From contig NC_073391.1 of assembly GCF_028641065.1 (NCBI RefSeq), positions 5,456,001 to 5,520,000 of the forward strand: 64,000 bases of DNA, in the 5' to 3' direction. The position numbers and the translations under genes were made by a program. Of this stretch, positions 23,311 to 35,480 are shown one piece after another (position 1 is the stretch's first letter; each line of letters starts with the position of its first letter). This DNA is from Leucoraja erinacea (taxonomy: Eukaryota). A model generated the notes under the pieces. It was given only the letters and a program-made list of their open reading frames with translations, searched no databases and was not told the origin of the DNA.

Positions 23311-24270
23311 AAACATAGAAAATAGGTGCAGGAGTAGGCCATTCGGCACTTCGAGCCTGCACCGCCATTCAATATGATAATGGCTGATCATCCAACTCAG
23401 TATCCTGTACCTGCCTTCTCTCCATACCCCCTGATCCCTTTAGCCACAAGGGCCACATCTAACTCCCTCTTAAATATAGCCAATGAACTGGCCTCAACTA
23501 CCTTCTGTGGAAGAGAATTCCAGAGATTCACCACTCTCTGTGTGAAAAATGTTTTCCTCATCTTGGTCCTAAAAGATTTCCCCCTTATCCTTAAACTGTG
23601 ACCCCTTGTTCTGGACTTCCCCAACATTGGGAACAATCTTCCTGCATCTAACCTGTCCAGCCCCTTAAGAATTTTGTAAGTTTCTATAAGATCCCCCTTC
23701 AATCTTCTAAATTCTAGCGAGTACAAGCCGAGTCTATCCAGTCTTTCTTCATATGAAAGTCCTGACATCCCAGGAATCAGTCTGGTGAACCTTCTCTGTA
23801 CTCCCTCTATGGCAAGAATGTATTTCCTCAGATTAGGAGACCAAAACTGTACGCAATACTCCAGGTGTGGTCTCACCAAGACCCTGTACAACTGCAGTAG
23901 AACATCCCTGCTCCTATACTCAAATCCTTTTGCTGTGAATGCAAACATACCATTCGCTTTCTTCACTGCCTGCTGCACCTGCATGCCTACTTTTAATGAC
24001 TGGTGTACCATGACACCCAGATCTCGTTGCATCTCCCCTTTTCCTAATCGGCCACCATTCAGATAAAAGTCTACTTTCCTGTGTTTGCCGCCAAAGTGGA
24101 TAACCTCAAATCTATCCACATTATACTGCATCTGCCATGCATTTACCCACTCACCCAGCCTATCCAAGTCGCCTTGCAACCTCCAAGCATCCTCCACACA
24201 GCTAACACTGCCCCCCAGCTTCGTGCCATCCACAAACATGGAAATGTTGCATTCAATTCCCTCGTCCAAG
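23311..24270 (-). mobile_element. CR1 LINE, 5'-truncated, same young family as 11984-13578
   Basis: Uninterrupted 297-aa ORF2 C-terminus (23397-24290) and 3' tail. Confidence 0.95.
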
Positions 24271-25193
24271 TCGGGGCCAGGTGTCACCACCCTGTTGGCC
24301 TTCTGCTCAAAGCGAGCTTAAAAAGCATTCATTTCATCAGGGAGGGTTGCACCATCACCAATAATGTTGCCTGACCTTGCTTTGCAGCCAGTTATAGTAT
24401 TCAGACCTTGCCACATTCTCCATGTGTCCGAGTGATCATACTGGGATTCAGGTCTGACCTGGTACTGTTTCTTGGCATCCTTGATGGCTTTGAGGAGATC
24501 ATTGCGGGCCTTCTTGTACTTCTCGGGATCGTTTGACTTGTGTGCAGCGGACGTGGGCCTTGACTGGTGAATGTACCTCGCGGTTCATATATTGTTTCCG
24601 GTTGGGGAACACTCGTATTGACTTTGTCGGACCACAGTCTTCCACGCACTTGCTGATGAAGGCAGTCGCGGCAGTGGTGTAATCATTCTGGTTAGCTGCG
24701 GGAATCCCTGAATATGGACCAGTCCACTGGCTCAAAGCAGTTGCGTAAGATGTCATTCATGTCCGTTGACTAGCATTTCACAACTCTCTGTACCAGATCC
24801 TCCTGCTTCAATTATTGTTTGTAGGCAGGGAGTCTCGGCATTCCAATGATATGTAGTGACAGATGAATCGCCACCTATTCTCTACCCCAGTATAATATAG
24901 TGACAGACCAGTGCCGGCCTGCATTGTACTCCTGTGTTGCACTGTTACAGACAGTCCACCAGTCTGTGGCAGTTCACTGGTCCACCCGTGCAGTAATCGA
25001 GAGATGTAATATGGGTAGACAAAAATGCTGGAGAAACTCAGCGGGTGAGGCAGCATTTGGCAAGATCCTTCGATTTCTCCAGCAAATGCAGTTCATTCTT
25101 AAACAGAGATGTACTGTGATTATTTTGTGTCCAGTATTTTGGTGCTGTACAATGACAGACATTAGATGTATCCCGAGGACAAGTCCCAGATTT

Positions 25194-25598
25194 AGAAACG
25201 TAGAAAATAGGTAGAGGAGTAGGCCATTCGGCCCTTCGAGCCAGCACCACCATTCAATATGATCATGGCTTATCATCCAAAATCAGTACCCCGTTCCTGC
25301 TTTCTCCCCATATCCACTGATTTCATTAGCCCTAAGAGCTATATTTAACTGTCTCTTGAAAACATACAGTCAATTGGCCTCCACTGCCTTCTGTGGCAGA
25401 TAATTCCACAGATTCACAACTCTCTGGGTGAAAAAGTTTATCCTCATCTCGGTTCTAAATGGCCTACCCCTTATTCTTAAACTGTGACTCCCTGGTTCTG
25501 GAATCCTCCAACATGGGGAACATTTTTCCTTCATCTAGCCTCTCCAATCCCATAAGAATTTTAAATGTTTCTATAAGATCTCCTCTCATCTAAATTCA
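25194..25598 (-). mobile_element. CR1 LINE 3' end
   Basis: Same 3' UTR and tail as the other CR1 copies; also at 29545-29675, 47622-47765, 54121-54230, 56788-57135. Confidence 0.85.
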
Positions 25599-25844
25599 AG
25601 TCAAGTCAAGTTTATTTGTCACACACACATACGAGATGTGCAGTGAAATGAAAGTGGCAATGCTCGCGGACTTTTGTGCAAAAGACAAACAACAAAACAA
25701 CCAAACAAATTATAAACCCAATCATAACACACATTCTTTTACATAATGCAATGAATATACTGTATACTGTCTATATATGGCAGTTCCGGCATCCCGTTAA
25801 TTAACCTGGTGAACCTACGCTGCACTGCCTCCCTGGATTTGGCT

Positions 25845-26168
25845 GGACCTCAAGAAAATCGGCATTGTGAGGGCCCAAGGGACTCAATCCCAACATTGTA
25901 TGGGCCCAGGAAACCCAGACCTGGCATCAGATCACCCCTAAAACCCAGTCTCAATGTTGTGTGGGACCTGGGGATTCATTTTCAATATTGGGTGGGCCTT
26001 GGGCACAAATTCAACATTGGGTGGGCTTTGGAGTCCCAGTACCAGTATTGATAGGGCCTCGAGGACATGGACCCAACATTGGGTGTGAGCTTGGGAGCCA
26101 GTATGAACATTGACCAGGGTCCAGCAATCCCAGCCAGGCAACCTGTCCAAATATTGGATGAGTCCTAG
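25845..26168. repeat. Degenerate ~30-bp minisatellite
   Basis: About 10 diverged units with core (C/T)CAACATTG(G/T)GTGGGCC..GG. Confidence 0.65.
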
Positions 26169-26868
26169 GTCTGAAGAAAGGTCTTGACCCAAAATGTCAC
26201 CCATTCCTTCTCTCCAGAGATGCTGCCTGTCCCGCTGAGTTACTCCAGTATTTTGTGTCTACCGATTTAAACCAGCATCTGCAGTTCTTTCCTACACAAT
26301 GACTTTGAACTGCATCTGCCAAAGTGACTCAAGCTCAGCTTGGGATTGGCACCTGGTCCTGATATCCGTTAGGCTCGGGAGTCTAATCGCAGCATAGTGA
26401 GGTAGTGGGGGACTATGCAGAGGCAAATACTTCCCATGATCTTTGAGCTGCTGTTCACATCAAGCTCCTCCTATTCATCCCCTGGCAAGGGGCTTTGGGG
26501 CAACTAAATGATCATGGCACTGTGATTGCCTTGTGAATTCCAAGTTCCATGGCTTCTTTTGCTTTGATGGGAAAATCGCTTTTCTGTATCAGTGTACTAC
26601 TGGATGTCCACCTTTCCTTTGCCTATCTCAATTATCCATTCTACTGAAGACAGACCCAAAATTTTGTAGTAACTCAGCGGGACAGCCAGCATCTCTGGAG
26701 AGAAGGGATGGGTGACATTTCTGAAGTAGGGCCTCAACCCAAATTTTACCCACTCCTTCTCTCCAGTGATGCTGCTGGTCACACTGGGTTACTCCAGCAT
26801 TTTGTATATATTTTTGGTGTAAACCAGCATCTGCTGTTCAAAGTCATTGTTTACAAGGACGAGCACTT

Positions 26869-29480
26869 TTTTTTGGGGGGGGCGATTTTTTTAAAAATCA
26901 AAAAATGTATTCAATGATTTAAAAAATAATATTTACACCACAATAAAACAAGCCAGAGCCCACCACCATAATACAATACAAACATATATCCATAGTAAAC
27001 TATTGTACAATGATGATACAATCCTTATTGAGGATACATTCTACATCCTGCGGAGCCCAGCGGTCCCGGAACTCCCTCGGGGTGCCCACAGACAGGGCGT
27101 ATTCCCTTTCTAATCCCACCCGGGCATGGACGTATCCCCAGATAAGGGGCAGGCAGCCGGCTCGGGTAGAGCCCTCCACCGCCTGGCGCCGTGACTCGCG
27201 GATGGCCAGCTTGGCCAGGCCCAGGAGCAACCCAACCAGGACATCTTCAGCCCTACCCTCTCCCCTACGCACAGGGTGTCCAAAGATGAGGATGGTGGGT
27301 GAAAAATGCAGCCAGAAGGCAAGGAGCAGCCCCTTTAGGTATTCAAACAGTGGCTGCAGCCTCACGCACTCCATGTACACGTGGTACACAGACTCTTCCA
27401 GCCCGCAAAAGTGGCAGGCGGCTGGCGAGTCTGTGAACCGTGAGAGAAACAGGTTGCAGGGAACACCTCGGTGCAATACCCTCCACCCCAGGTCCCCAAT
27501 GTAGAGGGGGAGAATCCCTGCGTAGAGGGACCACCACTGGGGACCCCCCTCGCGACTGGAAGGCAACTTGGTGTCTGGACGGTGGATCAGGGCGAGGAAG
27601 TGCAGGGTTTGGAGGAGGAGCCCGTACAGGACGCGCCTCCCTGCATCTTGGAGGGAGACGAAGGGTGTCGAGGAAAGGCGGCTCAGATTGTGTGGGACCG
27701 GCTCCCGGGATGGATTACGGCGCCTGAGTCCGATGAGTACTTCCGGCTGAGCGGGGGCTTGCTCAACCACAAGTACTCCACACATTTGAGCCCCCCGGTC
27801 ACCCGGTGGGGTGGGACAAGGACCGGCTGCTCTCACGTCCGGGCAGTCACCCTCCGCCGACGGAGGGGGGGCCTGGTCAACGGCAACCAGGTTCCAGACT
27901 CTCAACAAGTCCCTGTAGAAGCCAGGCATCCCCATCAGGACCACACGACTGATGCCCACCATCGGGATCCGCGTACCTCGTTGAAGGCAGCGGCTCCGTT
28001 GGAAAAAGTGCGTCGCCAGCACGTGCCACCTGGGAGGATGCCCTGAGTACAGGTATCTCTGCAAGGTCCTGAGGCGGAGAGCCGCCAACTTGGTGCGAAT
28101 GCACACCAGCGACTGACTGCCCTCCTCGATCGGGAGACTCAGGACCGCTGCAGAGACACAGTGCTTTCCGTTGCCCCAGAAGAAGTCCACCAACCTCTTC
28201 TGGATGATCCCAGCAAAGGTGGCTGATGGGACCAATGTGGTCAATCTGTACCAGAGCATGGAGGCCACAAGTTGGTTAATGACCAACACCTTGCCCTGGT
28301 AGGAAAGCACTCTGAGGAGACCCGCCCAGCGTCCCAGCTGGGTGACGACTTTCACCTCCAGCTCCTGCCAGTTCGCCAGCCAGGTCTCCGCACCGGGACT
28401 CAGGTAGGCTCCCAGGTAGAGGAGGTGCGTGGTACTCCACGTGAAAGACCTCATCTCTTCCGGGAGGGAGTCTACCTGCCAGGGACCCACCAAGAGTCCA
28501 GAACATTTCCCCCAGTTGATCCTGGCAGAGGAGGCGGCCGAGAAGACTCGTTGGCACTCATGCATCCTCTGCAGGTTGACGGGGTCGGTGACCATGAGGA
28601 GCACGTCATCGGCGTAGACCGAGAGGACCACCTCCATGTCCGGCTCGCGTAGAACCATGCCCGTCAACTTCCTCCGAAGCAGACTAAGGAATGGCTCCAC
28701 GCAGATGGCGTACAGTTGGCCGGACATGGGGCACCCCTGACGTACTCCTCTGTGGAAGGGAATGGGGGCCGTCAAGGATCCATTGACTTTCACGAGGCAC
28801 TCTGCGGTGGCGTATAAAAGTCGGATCCGGGACACAAAGTGCGATCCGAACCCAAACGCCCGCAGAGTCCTCAACAGATACTCGTGATCCACCCTGTCAA
28901 AAGCCTTCTCCTGGTCGAGGGAGAGAAAGGCAGTGGGTACACCGGTCTCCTGAGCCAGGTAGACCAGGTCCCGGACCAGATGGATATTGTCCTGGATGGA
29001 CTGGCCCGGGACTGTGTAAGATTAGTCAGGGTGGATCACTTGAGCCAGCATTGGGCCCAGGCAGTTTGCCATTGTCTTGGCAAAGACCTTGTAGTCGGTA
29101 CAGAGGAGGGAGACTGGGCGCCAGTTTTTTTAGACGGCGGAGATCGCCCTTCTTGGGCAGAAGGACCACGACAGCCCTTCGCCAAGACAGGGGCATCTCT
29201 CCGGTCGCCAGGCTCTCCCTCAGTACCATGGTGTAGTCCTCCCCGAGGATCCCCCAGAAACTGCGGAGCAACTCTGCTGTCAGTCCGTCCAGGCCAGGGG
29301 ATTTGCCCAGTTCATCCAGTGTCAGGGGGGCATCCAGATGCTCGGCACCCTCCGGGTCGACCGTGGCTAGACCTTCTGCACTCGTCCCCGACAGAGCTAT
29401 CTGGTGAGAACAAGGTCCCATAAAAGGAACAAACTGCTGCGTTAATGTCCTCTGGTTCAGTGACGGAGGAGTCGGGACAA
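26869..29480 (-). mobile_element. L1/Tx1-clade LINE, 5'-truncated
   Basis: RT motifs (KSPGLDGL, DQEKAFD, GVRQGCPMS, YADD), C-terminal CCHC finger, A-rich tail, candidate 8-bp TSD GAGCACTT (26861-26868, 29481-29488). Confidence 0.92.
27000..28892 (-). pseudogene. Tx1-type ORF2 remnant, 630 aa open (RT C-half and zinc finger CHFCGLEESVYHVYMEC)
   Basis: ORF track translation; the upstream part is frameshifted and there is no endonuclease domain. Confidence 0.9.
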
Positions 29481-30199
29481 GAGCACTTGGTGGGTGATGC
29501 TATAACACTCATTCAATTGTCAAAATTGATGGGTTAGTAATCAATAGACTATAGACAATAGGTGCAAGTAGGCCATTTGGCCCTTCGATGTGATCATGGC
29601 TAATCATCCTCAATCAGTACCCCGTTCCTGCCTTCTCCCCATATCCCCTGACTCCGCTATCTTTAAGAGCCCTATCGACCACATACTGTATGAATAGGGT
29701 GGTGGTTTGCCATATTGGTTCACCTGCATATACACATCGCCATGTTAAACCAGACCATTGATAGTACATTAAGTGCTGGAGCAACTTGGTGGATCAGGCA
29801 CCAACTCTGGAGGACATGGATACTGTAGGTGATGTTTTGGGCATGCACCTTCTTCAGTCTAAAAAAACGTTACTGAACGAAACCTTTACCTATCCATGTT
29901 CTCGAGAGATGCTGCCTGAACTTCTGAGTTACTCTAGCACATTGTGTTTTTTTTGTGTGCAAACCCGCGACTGCCGTTCCTTCTGTCTCAACTGATGGTA
30001 CATTTCTGAAACTTGCCGGGAAAGCACATTAGTAAACTGGGTTGTTCAATGCATTTCGGCCCGAAACGTTGCCTAATTTTTTCACTCCCTGTTGCACCCG
30101 CTGAGTTTCTCCAACATTTTTGTCTACCCTGTGTTCTTCAATAAACCTGTTCCCAGCTTATGATTTACCATTCCCCTTTAACAAGTTGAAAATGTGTTT

Positions 30200-30505
30200 A
30201 AATGTACGAATAATCAAACAACCTATCATTTATTGACTGCCATTCACACTCAGTGTGTACCAAAACACATTAAGAAATGATGCATTTCTGAATCTGATTT
30301 ACTGTTGGAATGTAGAAACTACAGCAGCCAATTTACAGACTTCAAGTGCCCATAATTAACAGCTCATCCCAAAGATGAATGCAAACCCACAGTGCAGCAC
30401 CAGAGTGTCAGCACATATCCTGCGCTTTTTGCTGGAGTGGGACGTCGATCATCATTTTTCTTCAGTCAGATGGGAAAATCGGACCCCAATGAGCCATGGC
30501 TGAAA
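30200..30505 (-). mobile_element. Ancient DeuSINE (SacSINE1/AmnSINE-like) remnant
   Basis: Recognisable CTCATCC.AAAGA...ACAGTGCAGCAC...AGTGTCAGC...CTGGAGTGGGAC string; heavily diverged. Confidence 0.5.
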
Positions 30506-30807
30506 CTAAAGCGTTGCCAAAAATGGAAATAAAGTGACTTTGGGACATTATGTTGTGCTGGTGGAGATTTTCCAGTGTCTGCACTCAGGCAGGAGAGAAT
30601 GCTGATCAAAATGCGTGAAGCATGTTTGTATGATTGTTCAGGAATTAGGGAAGAAAGACAAGATTCTGAGCAGCATGTTTCGGCAGAATCCGAATATCTC
30701 CAAGGTGGGACATACGGTTAATTAGTATTCTGAGGAAATATCATCAACATAATTTAATCTAGCGGTAAAATGAGAAGAAACAGTAATTTGTGGTGTCTCT
30801 GGTTATT

Positions 30808-32353
30808 CATGCAATGTTTTGCAAAAACATAACAGATGCTGGAGACAATAATCTACCTGTCTGAACATGGACACACAATTGCTGGAGTAACTCCCTGTCT
30901 AACTCCCTTTAATTATTAACTATTACAAGTAAGTAGATTTGTTTGAATGATATTCCCAGTTGACATTAAGCATTGCAACACCAGACCCATGCCTGATTCA
31001 CTTTAAACATCCCAGATATGTACAGTTTAAGGAAAACTAGTTTTCAAAATATCAAAAATTGCAAGAATGGACATTCATAATGGAAGGGAAATGTAAAATT
31101 CATTATTATTCCAAAATCAATTCTAATTACAAAATTGTTGGTTGAAACATCTTTTTATTTTATCATGGAAATAAACATAACTCCTATGAATGTCAACAAA
31201 CATCACAAACCACATTTGCATCCCATTAGAATGCAAAAGGATGCCTTCAGTGGGAAACTGAAAATCCATAATAACTCTGCCAGACTATCTGTATGAGGTC
31301 CACATGGGTTTCCTTTTTAATTAGAAGATACTATGAAATTGTTTGGCTTCAGTCATAATCAAGAAATGATTACAACAGTTTCTACATATATGAGTACAGA
31401 AATACTACCATAATATGCTTCCACAATGACAACCTTAATGAAAAGATAAATGTCAGTAATTGGCAATCTATCTAACATGCAAATGTCAAGTGTCAACCAA
31501 AGTTCTGCAATTAACACTAGAAAACAGTGCCAAAGACTTAGCAGATCAGACAGCATTTGTGGAGAGAGCAGTAATGGTTCACATGCAATGTTTTTGCAAA
31601 AACATAACAGATGCTGGAGACAATAATCTACCTGTCTGAACATGGACACACAATTGCTGGAGTAACTCCCTGTCTAACTCCCTTTAATTATTAACTATTA
31701 CAAGTAAGTAGATTTGTTTGAATGATATTCCCAGTTGACATTAAGCATTGCAACACCAGACCCATGCCTGATTCACTTTAAACATCCCAGATATGTACAG
31801 TTTAAGGAAAACTAGTTTTCAAAATATCAAAAATTGCAAGAATGGACATTCATAATGGAAGGGAAATGTAAAATTCATTATTCCAAAAGCAATTCTAATT
31901 ACAAAATTGTTGGTTGAAACATCTTTTTATTTTATCATGGAAATAAACATAACTCCTATGAATGTCAACAAACATCACAAACCACATTTGCATCCCATTA
32001 GAATGCAAAAGGATGCCTTCAGTGGGAAACTGAAAATCCATAATAACTCTGCCAGACTATCTGTATGAGGTCCACATGGGTTTCCTTTTTAATTAGAAGA
32101 TACTATGAAATTGTTTGGCTTCAGTCATAATCAAGAAATGATTACAACAGTTTCTACATATATGAGTACAGAAATACTACCATAATATGCTTCCACAATG
32201 ACAACCTTAATGAAAAGATAAATGTCAGTAATTGGCAATCTATCTAACATGCAAATGTCAAGTGTCAACCAAAGTTCTGCAATTAACACTAGAAAACAGT
32301 GCCAAAGACTTAGCAGATCAGACAGCATTTGTGGAGAGAGCAGTAATGGTTCA
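30808..32353. repeat. Near-perfect direct tandem duplication of a ~773-bp unit (30808-31581 / 31582-32353)
   Basis: Units identical by eye apart from a 1-nt indel, a 3-nt indel and a substitution. Confidence 0.95.
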
Positions 32354-33596
32354 GGTCTTTCGAAAGTTGATCAGAACTGGGAACTGTTGGAGCTGCAGAG
32401 TATTGGTTTTATTTTGATTTCTATCATCTGTAGTATTTTACTTCTGGTTTGAAACAACTCGTAAGACTTAATAATGGTCATAAAACAGCTTTTTATAATT
32501 TTTGAATATCAAAAGTTTACAACAGAAAAATGATACCTAATTATACCAAGGTATTTAAAAACAAACTTTGATAAACCTGCATACCAAACACACTTGCTAC
32601 TGTTCTGCATATTTATGCCAACAAATGCCTACTGAGCTTGGGTAGATTTTCAACACAAAATGCTAGAGTAGCTCAGGCAGCATCTCTGGAGAGAAAGAAT
32701 GGGTGATGTTTTGAGTCTGCATGGGTAGATTTTAATGGTTATAGATCATTAGGTATATTGCGATCAGCATGTTTGTGCAGGATGCCAAAATAAAATTAAT
32801 CGATCCACCAAGAGTGAATAATTATGGTGGGAAACTTCTGACACCATTGAAGATAATCTGGACAATTTGTGACAGCGATAGAATGTCATATAAAATACAG
32901 TGTCATATATTGAAGATGTTTATCTGCTGACATTTAATATGCAAGGACATCAATTTTAAAGTAAGCCAGACATTTCAGTTCTTCCAGAAAACATATTCAA
33001 TATTTATTGTAGAGTCATATGGCAGCAAAAAATGGAATTAATGAATGTAACTAGTTATCATAATATGCAAAAGTCATGAGCAGGACTACATAGCCTAGCA
33101 TCATAGACATCAGGATCAAATAGAATCTCTAGTAATTGCTATCTTTCTGGTTCTGTGAAAGAGACAACGGGGAATATGTTATGCTTTGCTGTCAAATCTG
33201 CAAGCAGGGCTGTAACTACAATTCCACTTTTGCCGCAAAAATGTGTTTGCTGTGAAAAAAAAAAATCCTGAGTTGCATATTGTGAAAGCACTTAATGAGG
33301 TCTAAAAATACCTCATGGCAGTGTGGTGTTACAGAAGGAAAGTCGGTCGGATTTAAGGTTAAACCCAAGAATCTCTCGTAAGCAGCAGTTATGATCTCAG
33401 TGTTGCTGCTGGGGAAAGTGGCAGCAACACAGAGTACAGCCTCATAAGAAAGGAGAGACGGTCGGTCTAGTCTGAGAGCAATTTTATGGAGGTCGAGAGT
33501 TTATAATCCTGCTGGGATTTCAGTTGGAGGAAGACTTCTAGTTAGCAAAGGAGAAAGAGAGAAAAATGCTTTAAAAATATGAATGTTTATAAAACT

Positions 33597-33893
33597 AAGT
33601 TTAGTTTAGAGATACAGTGTGGAAACAGGCCCTTCGGCCCACCGAGTCCGCACCGACCATGATCCCCGCACATTAACACTACCCTACGTGCATTGGGGAC
33701 AATTTACACTTATACTAGGCCAGTTAACCTACAAACCTGCACGTCTTTGGAGGAAATCGAAGATCCCGGGGAAAACCCACAAAGGTCGCAGGGAGGACGT
33801 ATAAACTCTGTACAGACAGCACCCGTAGTCAGGATTGAACCCGTGTCTCTGGCACCGTAAGGCAGTAGCTCTACCGCGACACCACCATACCGC
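33597..33893 (-). mobile_element. V-SINE (HE1-like), full length
   Basis: Reverse complement of the 11697-11983 family; B-box-like GGGTTCAATCC; another copy at 45300-45578. Confidence 0.8.
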
Positions 33894-35480
33894 CCTAATC
33901 ACAGTTATCAAAATACTTACTAACGATATGTTATAAAAACTAGTTTTTCTTGTACACAACAGAAATATTCCTAATAGGGAATATTTAGTTTGTAAGGTAA
34001 TATTTAGTTGAACAAATAATAATACTGTTAAGCAAGCCAAATGCTTACTGAAGGCATTTGGAAAGTAAATGCCAGACAAATATGCCAGGTCTATTTAAAT
34101 GTTCATAGACTTTTGCATTTTAATTACTTCTGAGAGCAATTTCATCTACACAATTGGATTTCAGTTTGATTCATAAAAAGTAAATGATGTACTGACCAGA
34201 AATGAAACCATTTGACCTTTAGTAAGTCAAAACTAACTTCCAATGATTGGAATAGAAAAAAAACATGAAAAGATTCTATTAAGATTGAAAGCCTTTTCAG
34301 AGAACATAACATGATGTTATGCAGAAAGAATTTTAAATATTTTAAAGGCAAGTTGTTGATAAAATATTTACCGAAACTGAACTTTGGAACTGTTGGAAAA
34401 GAAATTGCTGCAGACAAGGAAGTAGTTTAATAATTTCAAAGGTTTGATAACGATAACAGTGATTCATAATAAATCACTGCAAAGCAGGGGCTAAACTGGA
34501 ACTGCACCTTCAGACTATTTAAAGAATGCATTTTATTATTTTTTTCTGGCCACGCTGAGTTGCAACTGTTCATTATTTTGACCCCACCTTCATCCGACAG
34601 CCTTTTTCTAAACAGGATCTAATTTAACGTTTAAAATTGCTTCCATTACAAGAGTCCTTACTGGGAACCAAACACTGGTATAGCAACTGAAATTGGCAAA
34701 CACAGGCCTTTTGACCCAACTTGCCCACACTGGCCAACATGTCCCAGCTACGCTACTCCTGTCTGCATTTGGTCCATATCCCTCCAAACCTGTCCTATCC
34801 TATCCATGTACCTGTCTAATTGTTTTTTAAACATTGGGATAGTCTCAGCCTCCACTATCTCCTCTGGCAGCTTGTTCCATACACCCACCACCTCTTTGTG
34901 CAAAAAATCTACCCCTCAGATTCCTATTAACTCTTTTCCCCTTCACCTTAAACCCATGTCTTCTGGTCTTCGATTCACCTAAATTCAAGTTCATAGAGTT
35001 ATACCTGCAAAAACCAGCCACACGACACCACTCGTACAGTCTCCATAGCCTGTTATGCCTTGGCAATTCAATTGTTCATTCAGATTATCTTAAGTCTTGA
35101 AGATAAACACAAAATGTAGCGTGACTCAGCGGGACAGGCGGCATAGAATGAAAGGGTGACGTTTCTGGTCGAAACACTTCCTCAGTGTTGGTTCATAACT
35201 TCACCAAGCCCTCAGGCAAAGCGGCTCAGATTGCAAGCACCCTCTCGATTAATGAGAAATCTTCTGCAGTTCCCCTCCAAACTGCTAATTCCTCACTAAT
35301 GCCTTCTGGTTTTAGATACCAAAACCATGAGGAATAACCTCTCACTATCTTACCTTTGGGCCACAGAGTCCTACTTTAATCAGAGGAACATGACATGTCA
35401 TCTCGTGCTGATTTGGTCGCACTCCAGCTTCTCAATCAGGAGATTGTGTTGAAGATCCAACTCTGGACACTAGCCACAAA

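Larger units (their letters stand above)
21545..24805 (-). mobile_element. Degenerate Rex1/Babar LINE interrupted by two younger insertions
   Basis: RT motifs ADIFN|[17 protein letters not shown] and [16 protein letters not shown] read continuously once 22050-23149 and 23311-24270 are removed. Confidence 0.85.

Noticed and set aside
25845-26168. CRISPR-like array
   Set aside because: Units are contiguous and degenerate with no repeat-spacer alternation, and the context is vertebrate.
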